A stretch of DNA of 64,000 bases from an uncultured Enterobacteriaceae bacterium (GTDB taxonomy: Bacteria > Pseudomonadota > Gammaproteobacteria > Burkholderiales > SG8-39), in the NCBI GenBank assembly GCA_964552535.1, contig CAZKHE010000002.1, positions 10,711-74,710 of the forward strand, given 5' to 3'. A model generated the notes under the pieces. That model did not search any database, was not told the DNA's origin, and saw only the letters and a list, made by a program, of their open reading frames with translations. Shown here piece by piece: positions 53,849-63,691 of this stretch (positions are counted from its first letter, which is position 1; every line of letters starts with the position of its first letter). A program made the position numbers and the translations under genes.

Positions 53849-54729
53849 CCCGGCGCGTCTGGTTCCCGCTCGCCGGCCTCGTCACGTCGGCAGCGATCCT
53901 CGCGTGCGGGCACGTCTTCGCGCGCCTCGCGTTTTCCAACGGCGTCAACGTCCTCACCGCCGCGACCACGCGCTCGGTCTTCACCGCCGTCGTGCTGCTC
54001 GCGATGCTGCGCCTGCGCGGCACGCGGATCTTCCCGGTGTCGCGCGAGGCCAAGCTCGCGCTGGTGCTCGGCTTCTTCGTCGCCGGTCAGACCGCGCTGG
54101 TGCAGGCGGCGGTGCTGCTCATGCCGGTGACGCTCGCCATCCTCGTGTTCTACACGTTCCCGTTCTTCACCGGCGTGGCGAGCAGCGCGCTCGGCACCGA
54201 TCGCCTCACCTGGACCACGTTCCTGGCGCTGGTGCTCGCGCTGATCGGGCTCGCGCTCGTGCTCGGCATCGGACGCCAGCCGGTCAACGTGCTCGGAGTC
54301 GTCGCCGGACTCGGCGCGGCGCTGTGCTTCACCGGCGCGCTCGTGCTCACGCCGCGCTTCGCCCCCACGCTCGACGGACCGCTGCGCACCTTCATGATGA
54401 TCAGCATGGCGGCAGCGATCTTCGTCGGTGCCTCCGCCGCGACACAGGACTTCCACCTGCCCACCGAGCGCCTCGGGCAGATCGGCCTCGCGGGATTGGT
54501 GGTGTGCTACTCGGCGGGCATCATCCTGCTGTTCCTGCTGCTGCCGCTGCTCGGCCCGGCGCAGAGCGCGGTGATCCTCAACACCGAGCCGGTGTTCGTC
54601 GCGCTGATCGCATGGGCCGCGCTCGGCGAGGGGCTCTCGGCGGTGCAGCTCCTCGGCGCGGCGATCGTGGTCGGCGCGGTGATGGGCTACCAGCTCGCCA
54701 AGGCGCGGCAGGCGCAGCGGCCGAAGTAG
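53845..54729 (+). CDS. DMT/EamA transporter
   Basis: 10 TM; LVFYTFPFFT, ILNTEPVFVALIAW. Confidence 0.9.
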   Translation: MTRRVWFPLAGLVTSAAILACGHVFARLAFSNGVNVLTAATTRSVFTAVVLLAMLRLRGTRIFPVSREAKLALVLGFFVAGQTALVQAAVLLMPVTLAILVFYTFPFFTGVASSALGTDRLTWTTFLALVLALIGLALVLGIGRQPVNVLGVVAGLGAALCFTGALVLTPRFAPTLDGPLRTFMMISMAAAIFVGASAATQDFHLPTERLGQIGLAGLVVCYSAGIILLFLLLPLLGPAQSAVILNTEPVFVALIAWAALGEGLSAVQLLGAAIVVGAVMGYQLAKARQAQRPK

Positions 54730-54739
54730 CGCGCGGGCG

Positions 54740-55618
54740 TCACCCGGGCTTGCCGTAGGTCGCCCGCAGCATCTCCAGCGTCGCCTCGACATGCGGCGGT
54801 GCGACGCGGCGATCGCGCAGCACCCACGGCAGGCCGCCGAGCGCGGCGAGCGCGGCCGGCCACAGCGCCGGTTCGCGCGCCGCGGCGCGCAGCGCCTCGC
54901 GCGTGTCGCGCCACGCGCCGCGCGGCGCGCGACGCAGCCATGCGCACCAGAGCGCGTTGCGCAGCAGCAGTCGGCGGCGGGCGATCGGGTCGCGGCGCGG
55001 CGAGGGCCGGTGGTGGACGGTGACCGACGGCACGTACGCCATGGTCCAGCCGGCCGCGGCGAGATCGATGGCGAGCAGCGCCTCCTCGCGGCCGAGGAAG
55101 AGCCGCGGCTCGTACCCACCGACGCCCAGGAACGCGGCGCGGCGCATCATGCACGCGCCGGCCATCACGCCGAGGATCTCCCAGCCCGGCACGCCGCTAC
55201 GGTTCGGCAGCGGACTCGCCGCCATCGCCGCGCAGGTGGGATCCTCGCGCCCGTCCGGCTCGACGAGCACTCGCGCGGTGATCGCGGCGAGGCGCGGGTG
55301 CGCGTCGAGCACGTCGGCCGCACGTTGCAGCGCGCCCGGCGCCCACCAGGTGTCGTCGTCGGCGAAGGCGACATAAGGCGCGGCGATGCACTGCGCGGCA
55401 GCGTTGCGCGCGGCTGCGCCGATGTTGCACGCGAGGCGCAGCACGCGCGCACGCGGGAACGCCGCGGCGAGGGCGGCGGCACTGCCGTCGGACGACGCGT
55501 TGTCCACCACCACGATCGCCGCTTCGTCGACCACGGCGGCGATCCGCGCGACGGTATCGAGGACCTCCCTGCGACGGTTGTACGTGAGCACCGCCACGCC
55601 GTAGCGCGACGCGGTCAC
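54740..55618 (-). CDS. Glycosyltransferase family 2
   Basis: VAVLTYNR, VVDNASSDGS, ARN, FADDDTW, LFLGREE; GTG 55618. Confidence 0.9.
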   Translation of the reverse strand: MTASRYGVAVLTYNRRREVLDTVARIAAVVDEAAIVVVDNASSDGSAAALAAAFPRARVLRLACNIGAAARNAAAQCIAAPYVAFADDDTWWAPGALQRAADVLDAHPRLAAITARVLVEPDGREDPTCAAMAASPLPNRSGVPGWEILGVMAGACMMRRAAFLGVGGYEPRLFLGREEALLAIDLAAAGWTMAYVPSVTVHHRPSPRRDPIARRRLLLRNALWCAWLRRAPRGAWRDTREALRAAAREPALWPAALAALGGLPWVLRDRRVAPPHVEATLEMLRATYGKPG

Positions 55619-56280
55619 GCCTTCACGCTCCAGTAGGCTTCCGGCGCGAGCGCGTCGCGATGGCCGAGACGCTGCGGCGTGCGCAGGCCGCGCAGTTGCG
55701 AGCGATAGCACGCCATGGCGGCGCGCTTGCGCTTGAGCGACGCCGGCGCCGTCGTCTGCGTCCCGGCGCGAACGACGAACCCGCGGCGGCGCAGCGCATC
55801 CACGCGCTCCTCGACCGCGTCCTCGAGGGATCGATAGAGCGCGTCCTCGTAGGCGTACCAGGCGGTCTCGGGATGCAGCGCGACCAGCGACAGCGCCGCC
55901 TCCGAGACGAGCGCATGGTCGGAGTGGAAGAGCCCGAGCGGAAAGCACACTTGTCCCGGCCGCTCGCGTACGACGTACGCGCCGAGCGCCACCGCGATCT
56001 CGCGCGCGCTGGGCGGCTCCCCGTACTGACGGTCCCGGAAGGGCAGCCAGGCGCCGCGCACGCCCAAGCGGGCGAAGGCGCAACGGTCCTCCTCCCGCCG
56101 GCGCGGCATCACCTCGCCGCTGGTGCGAAAGCCGCAGTCGCGGTCCCAGGACGTGAGCGGGGCGCCGGGCGGCGGGTTGCCGGCGAACACGGTGACCACC
56201 AGCGCGTCGTTCGCCTGCAGCGACAGCCGCTCGCCGCAGGCGAGCACGGCATCGTCGCAATGCGGGGAGACGGCGAGCAT
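55615..56280 (-). CDS. PIG-L/LmbE-family deacetylase
   Basis: AVSPHCDDAVL, RREED, GLFHSDH; ATG 56280. Confidence 0.88.
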   Translation of the reverse strand: MLAVSPHCDDAVLACGERLSLQANDALVVTVFAGNPPPGAPLTSWDRDCGFRTSGEVMPRRREEDRCAFARLGVRGAWLPFRDRQYGEPPSAREIAVALGAYVVRERPGQVCFPLGLFHSDHALVSEAALSLVALHPETAWYAYEDALYRSLEDAVEERVDALRRRGFVVRAGTQTTAPASLKRKRAAMACYRSQLRGLRTPQRLGHRDALAPEAYWSVKA

Positions 56281-56834
56281 CAGGCGCGGGCCTCGACGAA
56301 CAGCGACTCCCGCGGCCGGTTGTCGAGCGCGACGATGTCGGCTCGGCCGCTCGCCGACGCGCCGAAGGCGCAGCGGCGCACGTCGTGAAAGCCGGCTGCC
56401 TCCAGCACCTCCCGCGCATAGCCGAAGGTGAACGGCGTGCGCACCGAGCCGTACCAGATGATCTGCGTGACGAGCTTCGCGCCGATGTCGCGCGCATCGC
56501 TGTCGGGCACGTAGAAGTACGCGGCGTCGCCGCGGCGATAGGCGTCGATCGCCCGGTCGAGGTCGGGGACCCCGATCCGCAGGAGCCCGCCGGGCACCAG
56601 CACCCGGCGCAGCTCGGCGACGGCGTGCGGGATCTCGTCCCAGCCGAGGTCCTGCAGCCCGTGCATTGCGACGGCGTGGGTCATGCAGGCGTCGGGCAAC
56701 GGCAGGCCTTCGCGGATGTCGCACACGAGCTGTACGCCCGCGGCGGGATGGCGGTCGGAGTTGAGCCAGCCGGGGGCGGGATGTGGGCCGCAGCCCCAGT
56801 TGAGCCGAGTGGGGGTCGGGGGCGGAGCAGACAC
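56280..56834 (-). CDS. SAM-dependent methyltransferase (type 11-like)
   Basis: LNWGCG, WLNSD, ELRRVLVPGGLLRIGVPD. Confidence 0.85.
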   Translation of the reverse strand: MSAPPPTPTRLNWGCGPHPAPGWLNSDRHPAAGVQLVCDIREGLPLPDACMTHAVAMHGLQDLGWDEIPHAVAELRRVLVPGGLLRIGVPDLDRAIDAYRRGDAAYFYVPDSDARDIGAKLVTQIIWYGSVRTPFTFGYAREVLEAAGFHDVRRCAFGASASGRADIVALDNRPRESLFVEARA

Positions 56835-56888
56835 TGCCGGGCACGCTCAGCAATCGGCGTGCCCAGCAGGGCCGGGCGGCGCGGGCGG

Positions 56889-58115
56889 CTACGCGGCGGC
56901 CGGCGTCGCCCGGACGATGCGCGGCTCGCGGATGGGCAGGTTGATCAGCGCGGCGAACACCGCGAGCGCGATGTCCGCGTACCACATCCAGTCGTAGTGG
57001 CCGGTCGCCTCGAATGCGAGGCCCCCGAGCCACGCGCCGAAGAAGCCGCCCACCTGGTGTGCGAACAGGGTGATGCCGAACAGCGTCGCGAGGTAGCGGG
57101 TGCCGAACAGCTTGCCGACCAGCCCGGCCGTCGGCGGCACCGTCGCGAGATACGTGAGGCCCATCCACACCGAGAACGCGAGGATGGTGAACTCGGTCTT
57201 CGGCGCGACCAGGAAGACCGCCACGCCGACGCCGCGCGACGCGTACAGCAGCGCCAGGATGACCTTCATCGGCCAGCGCTGCACCGCCATGCCGGCCAGG
57301 ATGCTGCCGGCGATGTTGAAGAGGCCGATGATCGCGATGGAGGTGCCGGCCAGGGTCGGCGACAGGCCGCACAGCTCGATCACGCCCGGCATGTGCGTGA
57401 TGAGGAAGGCGATGTGGAAGCCGCAGACGAAGAAGCCGCCCATCAGGTACCAGTAGCTCGGGCTGCGCATCGCGTCGCGCAGCGCCTCGCGCATGCCCGG
57501 CCCCGGGGCGGCCGCTTTCGCGGCGGCGGGCCGGGGCGGCGTCCGGAAGAAGAGCGCGAGCGGCAGCGTGAGCAGCGCGACCGCGGCGAGGCCGTACATG
57601 GCGTTGACCCAGCCCCAGCCGGCGATGCCGACGGCGACGATGGGCGCGAAGATGAGCTGACCGGTAGAGCCGCCGGCGTTCACGATGCCGGTGGCGAGGC
57701 CCCGCTTCTCCGGCGGGATGCGCTGGCCGATGGTGCCGAGCAGGGTCGACATGCTGCCCGCCGCCGCGCCCGCGGCGACCACGATCCCCAGCGAGAACAC
57801 CAGCCCCGGTCCGCTCGTCGTGTAGGGGATCAGGGCGGTGCCCGCCGCCAGCAGCAGGCCGCCGAAGACGATCACGGCGGCCGCACCGTAGCGGTCGGCC
57901 ATGGCGCCGAACACCGGCTGCCACGCGCCCCACATCAGCTGGCTTACCGCCGCCGCGAAGCTGATGGTGGCGATGCCGAGGCCGGTCGAGGTGTTGATCG
58001 GCGACAGGAACAGCCCGACGGAGGCGCGCGAGCCGAACGTGATGGCGAGCACCGCGCAGGCGGCGGCCACGAGGATCCACATCGCGGCGGTGCTCGATCG
58101 TGCAGGAGCGTTCAT
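56889..58115 (-). CDS. MFS transporter
   Basis: GAMADRYG, GGFFVCGFHIAF, TVPPTAGLV, HQVGGFFGAWLGG. Confidence 0.92.
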   Translation of the reverse strand: MNAPARSSTAAMWILVAAACAVLAITFGSRASVGLFLSPINTSTGLGIATISFAAAVSQLMWGAWQPVFGAMADRYGAAAVIVFGGLLLAAGTALIPYTTSGPGLVFSLGIVVAAGAAAGSMSTLLGTIGQRIPPEKRGLATGIVNAGGSTGQLIFAPIVAVGIAGWGWVNAMYGLAAVALLTLPLALFFRTPPRPAAAKAAAPGPGMREALRDAMRSPSYWYLMGGFFVCGFHIAFLITHMPGVIELCGLSPTLAGTSIAIIGLFNIAGSILAGMAVQRWPMKVILALLYASRGVGVAVFLVAPKTEFTILAFSVWMGLTYLATVPPTAGLVGKLFGTRYLATLFGITLFAHQVGGFFGAWLGGLAFEATGHYDWMWYADIALAVFAALINLPIREPRIVRATPAAA

Positions 58116-58190
58116 GCGGGCATTCTGCGGGGTCAGGGCGCCGATGATACGCGCTGGCGACTGACCGATGGCTGACGCCGGGCGGTGCGC

Positions 58191-58892
58191 TCAGACCTCG
58201 AAGCCGCGGGCACGCCGGGCCGCGCGGGAGGCCTCCCCGGTCAGCGCCGCGGCGAGCCAGCGGGCGGCGGCCGGCGACTGCGCGCGCGCCGCGACGGCGA
58301 CCGAGTAGGTGGTGGCGAGCTCGAAGCCCGGCGGTAGCGGCCCGACGAGCTCGATGCCGGGCTCGTCGGCGATCTCGGTGATCTGCGTGCAGCCGATCGC
58401 GGTGCGCGCGTTGGACCCGGCCAGCGCGTGCATCGCGACGTGGCCGCGCGGATGGGGCCGCAGCCGGTCGGCAAGCGCGTCGCGCAGGCCGAGCTTCTCG
58501 ATCACGCCGGCGAAGTGAATGCCCGCCGTCGCCTTGGCGGGGTCGGCGAGGAAGATCTCGTCCGCCGCGCGCAGCGCCGCGGCGAGCGCGGGGCCGTCCT
58601 GGATCGCCGGGTGCGGGTCGCCCTTGCGTACCGCGATGCCGGTGCGCACCACCCCGAGCGGTCCGCCGGCGTCCCGGAGAACGAGCCCCTCCGCGGCCAG
58701 CGCCTCGATCTGCGCGGCGGTGAGGATGAGCAGGTCGCACGGCTCGCCGGCGAGAAAACGTTCGCGCATCGCACCGACGGCGCCGAAAGTGCCCTCGAGC
58801 GTGGCGTCGGTGGCCTGCTTGAGCACCGCCGCGAAGCCGGTCGCGATGCCCTGCGCCGCGCCGGCGCTCAACAGCCTGATCGAACCCGCCAC
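58191..58892 (-). CDS. ModA-like (molybdate-type) substrate-binding protein
   Basis: LLSAGA, FGAVGAM, GIAVRKG, DPAKATAG, TQITEI; GTG 58892. Confidence 0.82.
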   Translation of the reverse strand: MAGSIRLLSAGAAQGIATGFAAVLKQATDATLEGTFGAVGAMRERFLAGEPCDLLILTAAQIEALAAEGLVLRDAGGPLGVVRTGIAVRKGDPHPAIQDGPALAAALRAADEIFLADPAKATAGIHFAGVIEKLGLRDALADRLRPHPRGHVAMHALAGSNARTAIGCTQITEIADEPGIELVGPLPPGFELATTYSVAVAARAQSPAAARWLAAALTGEASRAARRARGFEV

Positions 58893-58893
58893 G

Positions 58894-59865
58894 TCAGTCC
58901 ACCTTCGCTCCGGAGATGCGCACCACGTCCGCCCACTTGCGGATGTCCTCGCGCAGGTAGGCATCGAACTGCGACGGCGTCATCACCATCGGCTCGGCGC
59001 CCTGCTTCGCCCACTGCTCCTTCACGTCCGCGGAGGCGACGATCTTCGACACCGCCGCGTTCAGCTTGTCGATGACCGGCTTCGGCGTGCCGGCGGGCGC
59101 CATGAGGCCGAGCCAGATCGTCGCCTCGTAGCCGGGCACGCCGGCTTCGGCCACGGTCGGCACCTCGGGCAGCACCGGCGAGCGCTTGGTGCCGGTGGTG
59201 CCGAGCGCCTTCACCTTGCCCGCGCGCACGTTCTGCGCCATGGTGGGAATGGCGTCGAACATCATGTGCACCTGCCCGCCGAGAATGTCGTTGCGTGCGC
59301 CGGAGCTCCCCTTGTACGGAACGTGCACGATGTCCACGCCCGCGGTCGCCTTGAACAGTTCGCCGGCCATGTGATACGGCGTGCCCGGTCCCGACGAGGC
59401 GTAGTTCAGGCCCTTGGGCTTGGCCTTGGCGAGATCGATGAACTCGCGCAGGTTGTTCACCGGCACGGACGGGTGGATCACCATCACCAGGTCCGAGTAG
59501 TTCACCGGCGCCACCGGCACGAAGTCGCGCATCAGCTGGTACGGCTTCCGGGGGATGAGGGACTCGTTGGTGGTGTGGGTGTTCGACATCATCAACAGCG
59601 TGTAGCCGTCGGCAGGCGACTTCGCGACCGCCTCGGTGCCGATCACCGAGCCCGCACCGGGTCGGTTCTCGACCAAGAACGACTGGCCGAGCGTCTCCTG
59701 CAGGCGCTGACCCAGGAAGCGTGCGTAGACGTCGGCGGGGCCGCCGGCGGCGAACGGCACGATGATCTTGACCGGCCGCTGCGGCCACGCGTCCTGGGCG
59801 AAGACGGCGGGCGAGGGCGCGAGGAGCGGCGCGGCGAGCGCGCACGCGGCGAGGAGACGGCGCAT
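58894..59865 (-). CDS. Bug/TctC substrate-binding protein
   Basis: WPQRPVKIIVPFAAGGPAD, HVPYKGSSGA. Confidence 0.95.
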   Translation of the reverse strand: MRRLLAACALAAPLLAPSPAVFAQDAWPQRPVKIIVPFAAGGPADVYARFLGQRLQETLGQSFLVENRPGAGSVIGTEAVAKSPADGYTLLMMSNTHTTNESLIPRKPYQLMRDFVPVAPVNYSDLVMVIHPSVPVNNLREFIDLAKAKPKGLNYASSGPGTPYHMAGELFKATAGVDIVHVPYKGSSGARNDILGGQVHMMFDAIPTMAQNVRAGKVKALGTTGTKRSPVLPEVPTVAEAGVPGYEATIWLGLMAPAGTPKPVIDKLNAAVSKIVASADVKEQWAKQGAEPMVMTPSQFDAYLREDIRKWADVVRISGAKVD

Positions 59866-59954
59866 CGGAGATCCTCCTTGAGGGGTGTCCGCCGTCTGTC
59901 ATGCGGCGGATCGTCCCGCAGTTGTATCACGGTGTTTCGCCGCGTGTCGGTGGC

Positions 59955-59982
59955 GGAACTTTTGGCGCGGCCGGGACTCCAT
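59955..59982 (+). promoter_or_regulatory. Candidate RpoE/AlgU-type promoter GGAACTT-N16-TCCAT
   Basis: Matches GAACTT-N16-TC; ends 33 nt upstream of ATG 60016. Confidence 0.4.
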
Positions 59983-60015
59983 CGCGGACGAACATCACCG
60001 CGGGAAAACACCGGC

Positions 60016-60987
60016 ATGGATCAGCGCGAGCAGCAGGCCATCCTCACCATCGCCCTCATGGCGGCGTTCGCCGACGGGGCCAAGGACGAGCGCGAGCGCA
60101 CCGCGATCAAGCGCATCGCCGAGGGCCTGGGACGCGAGGCGGGGCTCGACGTGCCGGGCATCTACCAGGACGTGCTGCTGAAACGGCGCTCGCTCGACGA
60201 CGCGGCGGGTGCGCTCCAGAGCGGCGAGACGCGGCAGCTCGCCTACGAAATGGCGGTGTGCGTGTGCGATGCCGACGACGTGCAGAGCGACGGGGAGCGC
60301 GCGTTCCTCGACGGGCTGCGACGCACGCTGAACCTGGATGCCGGCGCCGCGGCCGCCTTCACCCGGCAGGCCGACGAGATCGCCGCGACGCCGATCGGCG
60401 GGACCGCGGCCGGCGCGGCGCCGCGGCCCGCGCCCGACGGCCGACTGGTCGCCGCCCAGGCGCCGGACAGCGCGGCGCTGGACAAGTCCATCCTGAACTA
60501 CTCGATCCTCAACGGCGCGCTCGAGCTGCTGCCGCAGTCGCTCGCGTCGATGGCGATCATCCCGCTGCAGATGAAGATGGTCTACGCCGTCGGCAAGGCG
60601 CACGGGTACGAGCTCGACCGCGGCCACATCCGCGACTTCCTCGCCACGCTGGGCGTGGGGCTCACTTCGCAGTACGTCGAGGAGATCGGCCGCAAGCTGA
60701 TCGGCGGACTGCTGAAGAAGGTCGGCGGGGGCATGCTCGGCGGCATGGGGCGGGCGGCCACGGGCGCCGCGTTCTCGTTCGCCACCACGTACGCCCTCGG
60801 GCACGTCGCCAAGCGCTACTACGCGAGCGGCCGCACCATCTCGATGGAGCAGCTCAAGGAGACCTTCGCGTCGCTCGTCGGCGAGGCGAAGGCGCTGCAG
60901 CCTCGCTACGCCGGCGAGATCGAGCAGAAGGCGCGCACCATCGACATGGCGCAGCTCGCCGCGCTGGTCAAGAGCCAGCCGGTCTAG
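60016..60987 (+). CDS. TerB-like domain fused to a DUF697/YcjF-like domain
   Basis: IALMAAFADGAKDERER, AYEMAVCVCDAD, ERAFLDGL; GALELLPQSL...PLQMKMVYAVG. Confidence 0.8.
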   Translation: MDQREQQAILTIALMAAFADGAKDERERTAIKRIAEGLGREAGLDVPGIYQDVLLKRRSLDDAAGALQSGETRQLAYEMAVCVCDADDVQSDGERAFLDGLRRTLNLDAGAAAAFTRQADEIAATPIGGTAAGAAPRPAPDGRLVAAQAPDSAALDKSILNYSILNGALELLPQSLASMAIIPLQMKMVYAVGKAHGYELDRGHIRDFLATLGVGLTSQYVEEIGRKLIGGLLKKVGGGMLGGMGRAATGAAFSFATTYALGHVAKRYYASGRTISMEQLKETFASLVGEAKALQPRYAGEIEQKARTIDMAQLAALVKSQPV

Positions 60988-61682
60988 TATCCCCCGCCGG
61001 GGGGCGGGGGATACTGCACCACCTTCGCGGCGCGGCGCTCCAGGGCGTCGCGGTAGCGGACGCGTCGTTCCTGCTGTGGCGTGACGAGTGGATAGTGCCG
61101 CGCCGCCTCCAGCGAGTGCTGCATGTGCCAGCAGTCGCGGTCGTTGGTGACCCACAGGGACGGGTCGTAGCGCCGCAGGTCGATGGCGCCGGAATAGGCG
61201 CGCAGCGTCTTCTGGCCGCGCTTGTTGGCGTACTCGTGGAAGTACGTCATCGCGAGCTCCCGGAGACTGCGGTACACCGGGTCGCGCCAGCGCAGCACCG
61301 GGCCGTTGGTCTTGGAGATGGCGCCCCAGCAGCCGTCGCGCCGGAACAGCGTGATCACGTGCGCCCAGTCGTACACGGCGTGCAGGTACATGACCAGCGG
61401 CGGCTCGCCGTTCACCCACAGCGCGCACGCGGCGAGCATCGCCCCTTCGATGCAGTGGGCGTGGCGCTCGCGCAGCACGCCGCGGACCGAGAGGATCGTC
61501 TCGCCGCCCTGCTCGTGGTTGATCGACAGGCGGTTGGCCACGAAGTCCTGGATCCGCTCCGGCGTCGAGAGGCGCTTCAGCAGCAGGTACTCGGACCGGC
61601 TGAGGCCGAGGTCCTCGCGGGTCGCCATGCGGCGCGTGGCGAAGCGGCGGGCGGCGGTGCGGGGCAGGGGCATCGGGCTCAT
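60984..61682 (-). CDS. Hypothetical protein with transglutaminase/papain-like Cys-His pair
   Basis: TPERIQDFV, AHCIEGAMLAA, WAHVITLF, GAISKTN, RELAMTYFHEY. Confidence 0.7.
   Translation of the reverse strand: MSPMPLPRTAARRFATRRMATREDLGLSRSEYLLLKRLSTPERIQDFVANRLSINHEQGGETILSVRGVLRERHAHCIEGAMLAACALWVNGEPPLVMYLHAVYDWAHVITLFRRDGCWGAISKTNGPVLRWRDPVYRSLRELAMTYFHEYANKRGQKTLRAYSGAIDLRRYDPSLWVTNDRDCWHMQHSLEAARHYPLVTPQQERRVRYRDALERRAAKVVQYPPPPGGGY
60986..61015. terminator. Perfect 13-bp hairpin at a convergent gene junction
   Basis: agtatcccccgcc-gggg-ggcgggggatact. Confidence 0.5.
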
Positions 61683-62611
61683 CCTCGTGCGGCGACGCGC
61701 AGGATATCGCGCCACCACGATTCGGTCGGAAACGCTTCCGCCGCGAAATCGGCGAACGCGCGCACCTTCGCGGTGAGATAGCGGTTGCCGGGATACACGA
61801 CCGACACCGGCGGGCCCGGCGGGGTCCAGCCGGTGAGGACGGGCACGAGGGTGCCGGCCATCACCGGTCCGTGCGCCACGCTGGAGAAGACGTGCGCGAT
61901 GCCGAGCCCGGCGAGCGCGGCGTCGATGGCGGCCTCCATGCTGCTGAAGGCCACGCGGTGGCGCGGCGTGACGCGGATCGCGTCGCCCGCCTGATCGAAG
62001 AGCCACGTGGCCGGCTGACCCGTGTCCGCATCGAGGCAGCCGATGCAGTCGTGCCGCTCCAGCTCGACCGGTTCCCCGGGAACGCCACGGCGCGCGAGGT
62101 AGTCGGGCGCAGCGACCGTCACCAGGCGCGCGGTGCCGATGCGCCGCGCAACCAGGTCGCCCTCGTCCACCGCCGCCGCGCGCACGGCGCAATCGAGCCC
62201 TTCGCGTACCAGGTCGGGACGGCCCTCGTGCAGCACCAGCTCCAGCGTGAGCTCGGGATGCAGCGCCATCAGCTGCGGAAGCTGCGGGACCAGTACCCGA
62301 TGCGCGAAGGCCGCGGGCATCGCCGCGCGCAGCCGGCCGCGCGCCTGCGCGCGTCGCCCGCTCACCGCGTCCTGCGCCTCGGCGACCTCGTCGAGGATGC
62401 GCAGCGCGCGCGCGTAGAACGCGCGGCCGTCCTCGGTCAGCGCGAGCCGACGGGTCGTGCGCGTGAGCAGGCGCGTGGCGAGGTGACGCTCGAGCTGCGC
62501 GACGCGCGTGGTGACGATGGGCCGCGACACGTCCATGCGCTCCGCCGCCCGGGCGAAGCTGCCGGCGTCGACGACGGCGACGAAGGCGCGCGTGGCCTCG
62601 AGGAAGTCCAT
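61679..62611 (-). CDS. LysR-type regulator (DmlR/CrgA-like)
   Basis: MDFLEATRAFVAVVDAGSF, LLTRTTRRL; divergent from ilvE. Confidence 0.93.
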   Translation of the reverse strand: MDFLEATRAFVAVVDAGSFARAAERMDVSRPIVTTRVAQLERHLATRLLTRTTRRLALTEDGRAFYARALRILDEVAEAQDAVSGRRAQARGRLRAAMPAAFAHRVLVPQLPQLMALHPELTLELVLHEGRPDLVREGLDCAVRAAAVDEGDLVARRIGTARLVTVAAPDYLARRGVPGEPVELERHDCIGCLDADTGQPATWLFDQAGDAIRVTPRHRVAFSSMEAAIDAALAGLGIAHVFSSVAHGPVMAGTLVPVLTGWTPPGPPVSVVYPGNRYLTAKVRAFADFAAEAFPTESWWRDILRVAARG

Positions 62612-62703
62612 TGTTAATGATTCCGGAACGCTCGTGTCGGTGGCGCAGAGTTTATTCCCTCGAGCGCGGGTAATAAAGTGGCCCAACATCGAAGGAGGCG
62701 ACC

Positions 62704-63618
62704 ATGGACGATCGGGACGGCTGGATCTGGTACGACGGGCGGCTGGTGCCGTGGCGCGCGGCGACCACGCACGTGCTCACCCACTCTCTGCACTACGGGC
62801 TCGCGGTGTTCGAAGGCATCCGCGCCTACGCCACGCCGCGCGGGCCGGCGCTGTTCCGCCTCGACGAGCACCTCGCGCGGCTGTACGGCTCCGCGCACGT
62901 CTACGCGATGCCGCTGCCCTTCGACCGCGACACGGTGCGTGCCGCATGCATCGAGGTGGTCCGCGCGAACGGGCTCCCCGATGGCTATCTGCGCCCGATC
63001 GCCTTCTACGGCCCGGAGAAGGTGGGCGTGTCGCCGCGCGGCGCGCGGGTGCACGTCGCGGTCGCCGCCTGGCCGTGGGGCGCGTACCTTGGCGAGGAGG
63101 CACTGGAGCGCGGCATCCGCGTGAAGGTCTCGTCGTACACCCGACACCACGTGAACGCCACGCTGCCGCGCGCGAAGCTCGCCGCGACCTACGCCAACTC
63201 GATTCTCGCCAACCAGGAGGCGCAGGCCGAAGGCTACGACGAGGCGCTGCTGCTGGACGTCGACGGGTTCGTCGCGGAAGGCTCGGGGGAGAACCTGTTC
63301 GTGGTGAAGCGCGGCACGGTGTACGAGCCGGAGCTCACCTCCGCGCTGGCCGGCATCACGCGCGACACGGTGCACGCGCTGGCCGCCGACCTCGGGCTGC
63401 GCGTGAGCGCGAAGCGCATCACCCGCGACGACGTCTATCTCGCCGACGAGGCGTTCTTCTGCGGCACGGCGGCGGAGATCACGCCGATCCGCGAGCTCGA
63501 CCGGCGCACCATTGGCGATGGCCGGCGCGGTCCGGTGACGGCGGCGCTGCAGCGCGCGTATTTCGAGGCCGCGGGCGGCGCCGACGTGCGCCACGCGGGC
63601 TGGCTCACGCCGGTGTGA
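62704..63618 (+). CDS. ilvE: Branched-chain amino acid aminotransferase
   Basis: HSLHYGLAVFEGIRAY, YLRP, AKLAATY, EGSGENLF, LAGITR, CGTAAEITPI. Confidence 0.95.
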   Translation: MDDRDGWIWYDGRLVPWRAATTHVLTHSLHYGLAVFEGIRAYATPRGPALFRLDEHLARLYGSAHVYAMPLPFDRDTVRAACIEVVRANGLPDGYLRPIAFYGPEKVGVSPRGARVHVAVAAWPWGAYLGEEALERGIRVKVSSYTRHHVNATLPRAKLAATYANSILANQEAQAEGYDEALLLDVDGFVAEGSGENLFVVKRGTVYEPELTSALAGITRDTVHALAADLGLRVSAKRITRDDVYLADEAFFCGTAAEITPIRELDRRTIGDGRRGPVTAALQRAYFEAAGGADVRHAGWLTPV

Positions 63619-63691
63619 GCGGGGCGGGGCGGTAGAATGCGCGTCCGCCTTCCGCCGCGGCGCGCCCTGGGTGCGCGCCCTCCGCCTCCCC

